DNA of 64,000 bases from the human T2T-CHM13v2.0 reference genome, Homo sapiens: assembly GCF_009914755.1 (NCBI RefSeq), contig NC_060944.1; one strand, given 5' to 3'. A program made the translations under genes and the position numbers. Below the pieces are notes generated by a model, which saw nothing but the letters and a program-made list of their open reading frames with translations, had not been told where the DNA came from and made no database searches. Shown in pieces: positions 41,201 through 54,660 of this stretch. Position 1 is the stretch's first letter. Each line of letters starts with the position of its first letter.

Positions 41201-44200
41201 GTTGAACTTATCTTTTGATTGAGCAATTTTGAAACTCTCTTTTTGTAGAATCTGCAAGTGGATATTTGGAGGCCTTTGCGGCCTATGGTGTAAAAGGAAA
41301 TATTTTCACATAAAAACTACACAGAAGCATTCTGAGAAATGTCTTTTGACGTGTGCATTCATCTCATAGAGCGCTTTGAGGCCCATTGTGGAAAAGGAAA
41401 TATCTTCACATAAAAACTACACAGAAGCATTCTGAGAAAGTTCTGTGTGACTTGTGCATTCATCTCACAGAGTTGTAAATCTCTTTTGATTGAGCAGTTT
41501 GGAAACACTCTTTTAGTAAAATCTACAAGTGGATACTTGGAGCGCTTTGAGGCCTATTGTAGAAATGGAAATATCTTCACATAAAAACTAAACAGAAGCA
41601 TTCTGAGAAACTTCTTTGAGATGTGTGCATTGAACTCAGCGTTGTACCTATCTTTTGATAGAGGAGTTTTGAAACTCTCCTTATGTAGAATCTGCAAGTG
41701 AATATTTGGAGCCCTTTGTGACCTATGGTGTAAAAGGAAATACCTTCACATAAAAACTACACAGAAGCATTCTGAGAAACTCCTTTGTGATGTGTGCATT
41801 CTTCTCAAAGAGAAGAAACTTTAATTCGATTGGACAGTTTTGAAACACTCTTTTTGTAGAATCTGCAAGTGGATATTTGGAACGCTTTGGAGAGAATGGT
41901 GGAAATGGAAGAAATATCTTCATATAAAAACTATGGAGAAGCATTGTGAGAAACGTCTTTGTGATGTGTGCATTCAACTCACAGAGTTGAACCTTTCTTT
42001 TGATTGAGCAGTTTTGAATCCCTCTTTTTGTAGAATCTGCAAGTGGATATTTGGAGCGCTTTGGGGCCTCTGGTGAAATGAAATATCTTCACATAAAAAT
42101 TATACAAAAGCACTCTGAGAAGCTTCTTTGTGATGTGTGCATACAACCCACAGAGTTGAACCATTCTTTTGATTGTGCAGTTATGAAACACTCTTTTTGT
42201 AGAATCTGCAAGTAGATACTCGGAGGGCTTTGTGGAGTATTGTGGAAAAGGAAATAACTTTGCATAAAAGCTAGACAGACGCATCCTGAGAAACTTCTTT
42301 GTGATGTGTGCATTCAACTCACAGAGTTGAACCTTTCTTTTGATTGAGCAGTTTTGAAACACTATTTTTGTAGAATCTGCAAGTGGATATTTGGTGTACT
42401 TTGCAGCCGATGGTGGAAAAGCAAATATCTTCACGTAACAACTAGACAGAAGCATTCTGAGAATCTTCTTTGTGATGTGTTCATTCACCTCACAGAGTTT
42501 TAACTTTTTTTATTGAGGAGGTTTGAAACACTCTTTTTGTAGAATCAGCAAGTGGGTGTTTGGAACACTTTGTGGCCTATAGTGGAAAAGGATGCACATT
42601 CACATAAAAACTAGAGAGAAGCATTCTGAAAAACTTTTTTGATGTGTGCATTCATCTCAAAGAGTTCAACCGTTCTTTTGATTGAACAGTTTTGAAACAC
42701 GCTTTTTGGAGAAACTGTAAGTGGATATTTGGAGCGCTTTGAGGCCTACAGTGGTAAAGGAAATATCTTCACATAAAAACTACACAGAAGCATTCTGAGA
42801 TACTTCTTTGTGATGTTTGCATTCATCTCACATAGTTGAACCATTCTTTTGATTGAGCAGGTTTTGAAACACTCTCTTTGTAGAATGTGCAAGTGGATAT
42901 TTGGAACTCTTTGATGAGTATGGTGGAAAAGGAAATATCTTCACATAAAAACTAGACAGAAGTACTCTGAGAAACTTCTTTGTGATGTGTGCATTCATCT
43001 CACAGATTTGAAAATTTCTTTTGATTGAGCAGTTTTGAACCTCTGTTTTTTTAGGATCTGCCAGGGGATATCTGGAGTGCTTTCAGGCCTATGGTGGAGA
43101 AGGAAATATCCTCACATAAAAACTAGAGAGAAGCATTCTGAGAAACTTCTTTGTGATGTGTGCATACATCGCACAGAGTTTAAACTTTCTATTGATTTAG
43201 CATTTTTTAAACACTTTTTGTAGGATCTGCGGTGGATATTTGGAGCCCTTTGGGGCCTATGGTGGACAAGAATTATCTTCTCATAGAAACTAGGCAGAAG
43301 CATTCCGAGAAACTTCTTTGTGATGTGTGCGTTCATCTCACAGATTTGAACCTTTCCTTTGATTGAGCAGTTTTGAAACACTCTTTTGGTAGAATCTGCA
43401 AGTGCATATTTAGAGCGCTTTGAAGCATGTGGTGGAAAAGGAAATATCTTCACATAAACACTAGACAGAAGCATTCTGAGAAATGTCTTTGTGATGTGTC
43501 CATTCATCTAACAGAGTTTAAACTTTCTTTTCATTGAGCAGTTTTGAAACACTCTTTTTATAGAATCTGCAAGTGGATATTTGGAGCGCTTTGGAGAGAA
43601 TGGTGGAAATGGAAATATCTTCATATAAAAACTATGGAGAAGCATTCTGAGAAACGGCTTTGTTATGTGTGCCTTCAACTCACAGAGTTGAACCTTTCTT
43701 TTGATTGAGCAGTTTTGAATCCCTCTTTCTGTATAATCTGCAAGTGGATATTTGGAGAGCTTTGGGGCCTATGGTGGAAAAGGAAATATCTTCACATAAA
43801 AACTACACAAAAGCATTCTGAGAAACTTCTTTCTGACGTGTGCATACAACTCACAGATTTGAAACTTTCTTTTGATTGTGCAGTTTTGAAACACTTCTTT
43901 TGTAGAATCTGCAAGTGGATATTCGGAGGGCTTTGTGGAGTATAGTGGAAAAGGAAATAACTTTGGATAAAAGCTAGACAGCAGCATTCTGAGAAACTTC
44001 TTTGTGATGTGTGCATTCAACTCACATAGTTGAACCTTTCTTTTGTTTGAACAGTTTTGAAACACTATTTTTGTAAAATCTGCAAGTGGATACTTGGTGC
44101 GCTTTGTGGCCTATGGTGGAAAAGCAAATATATTCACATAAAAACTAGAGAGAAGCATTCTGAGAATGTTCTTTGTGATGTATGCATTCACCTCACAGAG

Positions 44201-47200
44201 CTGAAACTTTTTTGTTGAGGAGGTTTAAAACACTCTTTTTGTAGAATCCGCAAGTGGGTGTTTGGAGGACTTTGTGGCCTATAGTGGAAAAGGATGTATA
44301 TTCACATAAAAACTAGACAGAAGCATTCTGAAAAATTACTTTGTGATGTGTGCATTCATCACAAAGAGTTGAACCTTTCTTTTGGTTGAGCAGTTTTAAA
44401 GCACTCTTTTTGTAGAATCTGTAAGTGGATATTTGGAGCACTTTGAGGCCTATGGTGGTAAAGGAAATATCTTCACATAAAAACTACACAGAAGCATTCT
44501 GAGAAACTTCTGTGTGATGTGTACATTCATCTCACAGGGTTGAACCTTTCTTTTGTTTCAGCAGTATTCAAACACTGTTTTTGTGGAATCTGCAATTCGA
44601 TATTTGGAGAGCTTTGAGGCCTATGTTGGTAAAGGAAATATCTTCAAATAAAATCTGGACAGAAGCATTCTGAGAAACTACTTTGTGATGTGTGCATTCA
44701 ACTCAAAAAGTTGAACGTATCTTTGAGGAGTTTGGTAACATTCTTTTTGTAGCATCTGCAAATGTATATTTGGAGCACTTTAAGGCCTATAGTTGAAAAG
44801 GAAATATCTTCTCATAAAAACCAGACAAAAGCATTCTCAGAAACTCCTTTATGATGTGTGCTTTTATCTCACAGAATTCAACATTTCTTTTCATTGAGCA
44901 GTTTTGAAACACATTTTTTGTGGAATCTGCAATTGGATATTTGGAACGCTTTGCTTCCTATAGTGGAAAAGGAAAAACATCTTCACATAAAAACTAGACA
45001 GAAGCATTCTGGGAATCTTCTCTGTGACGAGTGCATTCATCTCACTGGGTGGAACCTTTCTTTTGATTAAGTAGTTTTGACACACTCTTTTTGTAGAATC
45101 TGCAGGTAGATATATGGAACACTTTGAGGCCTATGGTGGAAAAGGAATTATCTTCACATAAAAACTACACAGAAGCATTCTGAGAAACTTCTTTATGATG
45201 TGTGCAGTCATCTCACAGAGTTGAAACTTTGTTTTGATTGAGCAGTTTGGAAACACCATTTTTGTAGAATCTGTAAGTGGATATTTGGAGTGCTTTGTTC
45301 CCTATGGTAGAGGAAATATCTTCACATAAAACTAGACAGAAGCATTCTGAGAAACTTCTTTGTCATGTGTGCATTCATCTCACACAGTTGAACTTTTCTT
45401 TTGATTCATCAGTTTTGAAACACTCTTTTTGAGGAATATGCAAGTGGATATTTGAAGCGCTTTGTGGCCTATAGTGGAAAATTTTATATTTTCACATAAA
45501 AACTAGACAGAAGCATTCTGAGAAACTTCTTTGGGATATGTGCATTCATCTCACAGACTTGAAACTTTCTTTTGATTTAGCACTTTATAAACACCCTTTT
45601 GTAAAATCTGCAAGTGGATATTTTGAGCGCTTTGCATCCTCTAGTGGAAAAGGAAATATCTTCACACAGAAAAAAGACAGAAGCATTCTGAGAAACATGT
45701 TTGTGATGTGAGCTTTCCTCCCACAGAGTTGAACCTTTCTTTTGATTGAGCAGTTTTGAAACACACTTTTTATTGAAACTGCAATTGGATATTTGGAGAG
45801 CCTTGGGGCCTATGGTGGAAAAGTAAATATCTTCACATAAAAACTGCACAGAGGTATTCTGAGAAACTTCCTTCTGATGTGTGCATTCAGTTCACTGAAT
45901 TGTACCTTTCCTTTGATTGAGCAGTTTTGAAACACTCTTTTGAAGAATCTGCAATTGGATATTTCAAGAGCTTTCCAGCCTCAAGTGGAAAAGGAAATAT
46001 CTTCACATAAAAAATAGATAGAAGCATTCTGTGAAACTTTTTGTGATGTGTGCATTCTTCTCACAGAGTTGAACTTTTCTTTTGATTGAGCAATTTTGAA
46101 ACACTCTTTTTGTAGAATCTGCAAGTGGATATTTGGAGCTCTTTCAGTCCTATGGTGGTAAAGGAAATAACTTCACATACAAACTAGACAGAAGCATTCT
46201 GAGAAACTCCTTTGTGATGTGTGCATTCATCTCACAGGTTTGAACCTTTCTTTTGATTGAGCAGTTTTGAAAGACACTTTTTGTAGAATCTGAAGGTGGA
46301 TATTTGGAATACTTTGGGGCCTATGGTATAAAAGGAAATATCTTCACATAAAAACTAGACAGAGCATTCTGAGAAACAACTTTGTGATGCGTGCTTTCAT
46401 CTCACAGAGTTGAACGTTTCTTTTGATTGAGTAGTGTTGAAACGCACATTTGTAGACTCTACCAGTGGATATTTGGATTACTTTGGGGCCTATGGTGGAA
46501 AAGGATATATCTTCACATAAAAACTAGACAGAAGCATTCTGAGAAACTTCTTTGTGATGTGTGCATTCAACTAACACTGTTGAACCCTTTTTTTGATTGA
46601 GCAGTTTTGAAAGACTCTTTTTGTAGAATCTGCAAGTGGATATTCAGAGCGCTTTGCAGACTACAGTTTAAAAGGGAATATCTTCACCTAAAAACTAGAC
46701 AGAAGCATTCTGAGAAACTTTGTTGTAATGTGTGCATTCAACTAACAGAGTTGAACCTTTCCTTTGATTGAGCAGTCTGGAAACACTTTTTTTGAAGAAT
46801 CTGCAAGTGGATATTTGGAGCGCTTTACAGCCTATTGTGGAAAAGGATAAATCATCAAATAAAAACTAGACAGAAGCATTCTGAGAAACTTCTTTGTGAG
46901 ATGTGCATTCATCTCACAGACTTGAACCTTTCTTTCTATCGAACAGTTTTGAAACACTCTTTTTGTAGAATCTGCAAGGGATACTTGAAGAGATTTGAGA
47001 CGTAATGTGGAAAAGGAAATATCTTCACACGAAAACTAGACAGAAGCATTCTGAGAATCTTCTTTGTGATGTGTGCATTCATCTCACAGAGCTGAAACTT
47101 TCTTTTGATTCAGCATTTTTGAAATACTCTATTTATGGAATCTGCTTGTAGATTTTTGGAGCACTATGAGGCGTGTGGTGGAAAAGGAAATATCGTCACA

Positions 47201-47750
47201 TGAAAACTAGACAGAAGCATTCTGAGAAAATTCTTTGTGATGTGCGCATTCAACTCACAGAGTTGAACCTTTCTTTTGATTGAGCAGTTTGGAAACACTC
47301 TTTTTGTAGTATCTGCAAGTGGATATATGGAGTGCTTTGTGGCTTATAGTGGATAAGGAAATATTTTCATATAAAAACCAGACAGAAACATGCTGAGGAA
47401 CTTCTTCGTGTTGTGTGCATTCATCTCACAGAGTTGAACATTTCCTATATTGGGAAGTTTGAAACACTCTTTTTACAAAATCTGCAAGTTGATATTTGGA
47501 GCACTTTGTGGCATATATTGGAAAAGGAAATATCTTCACATATCTACAAGACAGAAGCATTCTGGGAAACTACTTTGTGATGTGCATTCAATTCACAGAG
47601 CTGAATATTTTCTTTGATTGAGCTGGTTGGAAAGCATCTTTCTGTAGTATCTGCAAATGGACATTTTGAGTTCTTTGAGGCCTATGGTGGAAAAGGAAAT
47701 ATCTTCACATAAAAACTAGACAGAAGCACTTTGAGAAATTTGTTTGTGAA
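38251..47750 (+). repeat. Alpha satellite, divergent A-type monomers; shifts from ACTACACAG to mainly ACTAGACAG after ~42 kb
   Basis: 171 bp periodicity, GCAAGTGGATATTTGG. Right boundary approximate. Confidence 0.95.
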
Positions 47751-50380
47751 GTGTGCATTCATCTGACAGAGTTGAACCTTTGTTTTGATTGAGCAGTTGG
47801 GAAACAGTCCTTTTGTAGGATCTGCAAAGGGATATTTCTGAGCCCATTGAGACCTATGGTGAAAGAGGAAATATCTTCACTTAAAAACTAGACAGAAGCA
47901 TTCTGAGAAACTTCTTAGTGATGTGTGCTTTCATCTCACAGGTTTGAACCTTTCTTTTAATTGAGCAGTTTGGAAACAGTCTTTTTGTGGAATCTGCAAA
48001 GGATAATTCAAGCACTTTGAGGCCTATGGTGAAAAAGGACATATCTTCACATGAAATCTAAACAGAAGCTTTCTGAGAAACTTCTTTTTGATGAGTGCAT
48101 ATATCTCACAGAGGTGAAACTTTCTTTTCATTGAACAGCTTGGAAACAGTCTTTTTGTACAATCTGCAAAGGAATATTTCTGCGAAGTTAGAGGCCTATG
48201 GTGAAAAAGAAATATCTTCAGATAAAATGTAGACAGAAGTATTCTGAGAAAATTTTTTGTGATGTATCCATTCATCTCACAGAGTTGAACTTTTCTTTTG
48301 ATGGAGCAGTCTGGAAACAGTCTTTTTGTAGTATCTGAAGAGGTATATGTGAGAGCAGTTTAAGGCCTGTGGTGAAAAAGGAAATATCTTCACATAAAAA
48401 CTAGGTAGAAGCATTCTGAGAAACTTCTTTGTGTTGTGTGCATTCATCTCAAAGAGCTGAACCTGTCTTTGGATTGAGTACTTCGGAAACAGTCGTTTTG
48501 TAGAATCTGTGAAGGGATATTTCTGAGCCCATTGAGGCCTATGGATGAAATAGGAAATATCTTCACATAAAAACTAGACAGAGGATTTCTGAGAAACTTC
48601 TTTGTGATATGTACTTTCATCTCACAGAGTTGAACCATTCTTTTGGTTGAGCAGTTTGGAAACAGTCTTTTTGTAGGATCTGCAAAGGGATATTTCTTTT
48701 CCCATGGATGCCTATGGTGAAAAAGGACATATCTTCACATAAAAACTAGACAGAGGATTTCTGAGAAACTTCTTTGTGATATGTACTTTCATCTCACAGA
48801 GTTGAACCATTCTTTTGGTTGAGCAGTTTGGAAACAGTCTTTTTGTAGGATCTGCAAAGGGATATTTCTTTTCCCATGGATGCCTATGGTGAAAAAGGAC
48901 ATATCTTCACATAAAAACTAGACAGAAGCTTTCTGATAAACTTCTTAGTGATGTGTGCTTTCATGTCACAGATTTGAAACTTTCTTTTGATTGAGCAGTT
49001 TGGAACCAGTCTTTTTGTACAATCTGCAAATGGATATTTGGAGCGCTTTGAGGCTTGTGGTGAAAAAGGAACTATCTTCACATGAAAAATAAACAGAAGC
49101 TTTCTGAGAAACTTCTTTTTGATGTGTGCATACATCACACAGAGTTGAAAGTTTCTTTTCATTGAGAAGTTTGGATACAGTCTTTTTGTACAATCTGGAA
49201 AGGGATATTTCTGAGAAGTTGGAAGCCTATATCAAAAAAGAAATATCTTCACATAAAAACTAGACAGAAGTATTCTGAGAAACTTCTTTGAGATGTATCC
49301 TTTCATCTCACAGAGTTGAATCTTATTTTGATGGAGCAGTTTGGAGACAGTCTTTTTGTAGCATCTGCAGAGGGATATCTGAGAGCAGTTTAAGGCCTAT
49401 GGTGAAAAAGGAAACATCTTCACATAAAAACTAGGCAGAAGCATTCTGAGAAACTTCTTTGTGATGTATGCATTCAACTCAAAGAGGTGAAACTTTCTTT
49501 GGATTGAGCAGTTTGGAAACAGTCCTTTTGTAGAATCTGCAAAGGGTTGTTTCTCAGCCCATTGAGACCTATGGTGAAATAGGAAATATCTTCTCATAAA
49601 AACCAGACAGAAGCTTTCTGAGAAACTTCTTTGAGATATGTGCTTTCATCTCACAGAGTTGAACCTTTCTTTTGGTTCAGCAGTTTGGAAACAGTCTTTG
49701 TGTAGAATCTGCAAAGGGCTATTTTTGAGCACTTTCTGGACTATGGTGAAAGAGAAAATATCTTCACATAAAAACAAGACAGAAGCTTTCCGAGAAACTT
49801 CTTTATGATGTGTTCTTTCATCTCACAGAGTTGTAACTTTCCTTTGATTGAGCAGTTTGGGAACACTCTTTTTGTAGAATCCGCAAATGGATATTTGGAG
49901 CTCTTTGAGGCCTATGGTGAAAAAGGAAATATCTTCACATAAAAACTAGACAGAAGCATTCTGAGAAACTTCTTTGTGATGGGTGCATTCAACTCAAAAA
50001 GTTGAACATTTATTTTGATTGAGTAGTTTGGAAACAGTCTTTTTGTAGAATCTGCAAGTGGATATTTGGAGTGCTTTACGGCCTATAGTGGAAAACGAAA
50101 TATTTTCACATAAAAACTAGACAGAATCATTCTGAGAAACTTCTTTGTGATGTGCACATTCATCACAAAGAGTTGAACATTTCTTTCAATTGAGCATCTT
50201 GGAAACAGTCCTCTTGTAGAATCTGTGAAGGGATATTTCTCAGCCCATTGATGCCTATGGATGAAATAAGAAATATTCTCACATAAAAACTAGATGGAGA
50301 ATTTCTGAGAAACTTCTTTGTGATATGTGGTTTCATCTCACAGAGTTGAACCGTTCTTTTGGTTGAGAAGTTTGTAAACA
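47751..50380 (+). repeat. Alpha satellite island of GCAAAGGG type (172-bp monomers)
   Basis: GGAAACAGTCTTTTTG, TCTGCAAAGGGATATTT, GGTGAAAAAGG and GAAGCTTTCTG replace the flanking-layer signatures. Boundaries approximate. Confidence 0.85.
48557..48926 (+). repeat. Perfect tandem duplication of one 172-bp monomer
   Basis: 48557-48754 is identical by eye to 48729-48926, including private TTTCTTTTCCCATGGATG and GAGGATTTC. Confidence 0.95.
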
Positions 50381-53300
50381 CTCTTTTTGTAGAATCTGCA
50401 AGTGGATATTTGGAGCACATTGAGGCCTATGGTGGAAAACGAAATATTTTCACATAAAAATTAGACAGAAGCATTCTGAGAAACTTCTTTGTGATGTGTG
50501 CATTCAACCCACAGAGTTCAACCTTTCTTTTGATTCAGCAGTTTTGAAACACTCTTTTTGTAAAATCTGCCAGAGGATCTTTGGAGTGCTTTGAGGCTTA
50601 TGGTGGAAAAGGAAATATCTTCACATAAATACTACACAGAAGCATTCTGAGAAACTCCTTTGTGATGTGTGCATTCAACTCAAAGAGTGGAATCCTTCTT
50701 TTGATTGAGCAGTTTTGAAAGACTCCTTTTGTAGAATCTGCAAGTGGATCTTTGGAGTGCTATGTGGCCTTAAGTGGAAAAGGCAATATCTGCACATAAA
50801 AACTAGACAACAGCATTCTGAGAAACTTCTTTGTGCTGTGTGCCTTCATCTCACAGAGTTGAAGCTTCCTTTTGATTGAGCAGTTTTGAAACACTCTTTC
50901 TGTAGAATCTCCAATTAGATACTTGGAGCGCTTTGAGGCCTATGGTGGAAAAGGAAATAACTTCACATGAAAACTACACAGAAGCATTCTGAGAAATTTG
51001 TTTGTGATGTGTGCATTCAACACACAGAGTTGAACCTTTCTTTTGATTGAACAGTTTTCAAACACACTTTTTTTAGGATCTGCAAGAGGATATTTGGAGC
51101 ACTTTGTGGCCTATTGTGGAAAAGGATATATCTTCACATGAAAACTACGGAGAAGCATTCTGAGAAACTTTTTGTGATGTGTGCATTCATCTCACAAAGT
51201 TCAACATTTCTTTTGATTGAGCAGTTTCGAAACGCTCTTTTTGTAGAGTGTGCAAGTGGATATTTGGAGCACTTTGAGGCTTATGGTGGAAAAGGAAATG
51301 TCTTCATATAAAAACTACAGAGAAGCATTCTGACAAAGTTATTTGTGCTATGTGTGTTCATCTCACAGAGTTGAACCTTTCTTTTGATTGAGCAGTTTTG
51401 AAATGCTCTTTTTTTAGAATCTGAGAGTCGATATTTCAAGTGCTTTGTAGCCTCTGTTGGAAAAGGAAATATCTTCACATAAATTAGACAGAAGCATTCT
51501 GAGAAACTTCCTTGTGATGCGTGCATTCATCTCACAGAATTGAACCTTTCTTTTAACTCTGAAGTTTTCAAACACTCTTTTTGTAGAATCTGCAAGTGGA
51601 TATTTGGAGGCCTTTGTGGCCTATAGGGGAAAAGGAAATATATTCACATAAAAATTAGACAGAAGCATTCTGAGAAACATCTTTGTGATATGTGCATTCA
51701 TTTCACAGAGTTGAAATTTTCTTTTTATTGACCAGTTTTGAAACACTCTTTCAGTACAGTCTGCCAGTGGATATTTGTAGCATTTTGAGAACTATGGTGG
51801 TAAACGAAATATGTATTCACAGAAGCATTGGGTGATACTTCTTTGTGATGTGTGCATTCATCTCACAGAGTTGAGCCATTCTTTTGATTGAGCATTTTTG
51901 AAATACTGTTTTTGTAGAATCTGCAAGTGGATATTTGGAGTGCTTTGTGGCCTATAGTGGTGAAGGAAATATATTCACATAAAAACTAGACAGAAGCATT
52001 CTGAGAAAGTTCTTTGCTATGTGTGAATTCAATTCACAGACTTGAACCTTTCTTTTGATTGAGCAGTGTTGAATGTCTCTTTTTGTAGAATCTGCAGATG
52101 GATATTTGGAGTGCTTTTAGGCCTATGGTGGAAAAGGAAATATCTTCACATAAAAACTACAGAGAAGCATTCTGAGAAACTTCTTTGTGATGTGTGCATT
52201 CAACTCACAGTGTTCAACCTTTCTTTTGATTGAGCAGTTTTGAAACACTCTTTTTGTAAAATCTGCCAGTGGATATTTGGAGTGCTTTGTGGCCTATAGT
52301 GGTGAAGGAAATATATTCACATAAAAACTAGACAGAAGCATTCTGAGAAACTTCTTTGTGATGTGTGCATTCAAGTCACTGAATGGAAACCTTCTTTTGA
52401 TAGAGCAATTTTGAAAGACTCCTTTTGTAGAACCTGCAATTGTATATTTGGAGTGCTATGTGGCCTTAAGCCAGACAGAAGCATTCTGAGAAATTTCTTT
52501 GTGATGTGTGCATTCAGCTCACAGAGTTGAAGCTTTCTTTTGATTGAGCAGTTTTGAAACACCATTTTTGTAGAATCTGCAAGTGGATATTTGGAGCACT
52601 TTGCGGTCTATAGTGGAAAACGAAATATCTTCACATAAATATTAGTCAGAAGCATTCTGACAAACTTCTTCTTGATGTGTGCATTCATCTCACAGAGTTG
52701 AACCTTTCTTTTGATTGAGCAGTTTTGAAACACTCTTTTTGTAGTATCTGCAAAGGCATACTTGGATCAGTTTGAAGTCTATGGTGTAAAAGGAAATATC
52801 TTCACCTAAAAACTAGACAGAAGCATTCTGAGAAACTTATTTGTTGTGTGTGCATTCATATCACTCTCTTGATCCATTCTTTTTACTGAGCAGTTTTGAA
52901 ACACTCTTTGTGTAGAATCTGCAAGTTGATATTTGGAGCACCTTGAGGCCTATTGTGGAAAAGGAAATGTCTTCATATAAAAACTAAACAGAAGCATACT
53001 GAAAAACTTCTTTGTGATGTGAGCATTCATCTCAGAGCTGAAACTTTCTTTTGATTGAGCAGTTTTGAAACAATCTTTTTGTAAAGTGTGCAAGTGGATA
53101 TTTGGAGCGCTTTGATGCTTATGGTGGAAAAGCAAATATCTTCACATAAAAACTACAGGGAAGTATTCTGACAAAGTTCTTTGTGCTCTGTGCGTTCAAC
53201 CCACAGAGTTGAACTTTCCTTTGATTGAGCAGTTTTGAAACACTCTTTTTTTAGATTCTGCAAGTGGATTTTTTGAGCGCTTTGTGGCCTCTGTTGGAAA

Positions 53301-54660
53301 AGAAAATATCTTCACATAAACTAGACAGAAGCATTCTGAGAAATTTCCTTGTGATGTGTGCCTTCATCGCACAGAGTTGAACCTTTCCTTTGATTGAGCA
53401 GTTCTGAAATACTCTTTTTGTAGAATCTGCAAGTGGATATTTGGAGTGCTGTGTGGCTTCTGGTGGAAAAGGAAATATCTTCACATCAAAACTAGAGAGA
53501 AGCATTCTGAGAAAGTTCTTCACGATGTGTGCATTCATCTCACAGAGATAAACCTTTCTTTTGATTGAGCAGTTTTGAAACACTCTTTTTGTAGAACCTT
53601 CAGGAGGATATGTGGAGCACTTTGAGGCCATGATAGAAAAGGAAATATCTTCACATAAAAACTAGACAGAATCATTCTAAGATACTTCTTTTTGATGTGC
53701 ACATTGAACTCATGGAGTTGAACATCTCTTTTGATTGAGCAGTTTTGAAACAGTCTTTTTGTGGAATCAACAGTCGGATATTTAGAGCACTTTGAGGCCT
53801 ATGGTGGAAAAGGAAATATCTTCACATAAAAACTAGACAGAAGCATTCTGAGAAACTTTTTTGTGATGTGTGCATTCAACTCACCGAGTTGAACATGTCT
53901 TTTTATTGAGCAGGTTGGATACATTCGTTTTGTACCATCTGCAAATTTGTATTTGGACAGCTTTGAGGCCTATAGTGGAAAAGGAAATATCTGCATATAA
54001 AAACTAGACAGAAACATTCGGAGAACCTTCTTTGTGATGTGTGGATTCATCTCACAGAGTTGAACCAATCTTTTCATGAGCAGTTTTGAAACACTCTTTT
54101 TGTAGAATCTGCAAGTGGATATTTGGATCACTTTGAGGCATATGGTGGAAAAGAATGTATCTTCACATAAAAACTAGCCAGAAGCATTCTGAGAAACTTC
54201 TTTGTGATGTGTGTATTCAACTCACAAAGTTGAACCTTTATTTTGATTGAGCAGTTTTGAAACACACTTTTTATAGACTCTGCAATTTGATATTTGGAGC
54301 ACTCTGTGGCCTATAGTGGAAAAGGAAATATCTTCACTTAAAAACTACAGGGAATCATTCTGAGAAACTTCTTTGTGATGTGTGCTTTCAGGTCACAGAG
54401 TTGAACCTTTCTTTTGATTGAGCAGTTTTGAAACACTCTTTTTGTAGAATCTGCAAATGGATATTTAGAGCACTTTGACGCCTATGGTGGAAAAGGAAAT
54501 ATCTTCACATAAAAACTAAACAGAAGCATTCTGAGAAACTTCTTTGTGTTGTGTGCATTCATCCCACAGAGTTGAACTTTCTTTTTGTTGAGCAATTTTG
54601 AAACACTTTTTTTGTAGAATCTGCCATTGAATATTTGAAGCGCTATGAATCCTATAGTGG
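50381..54660 (+). repeat. Alpha satellite, GCAAGTGG type resumes
   Basis: GAAACACTCTTTTTG / GCAAGTGG / GGTGGAAAAGG signature. Boundaries approximate. Confidence 0.9.
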
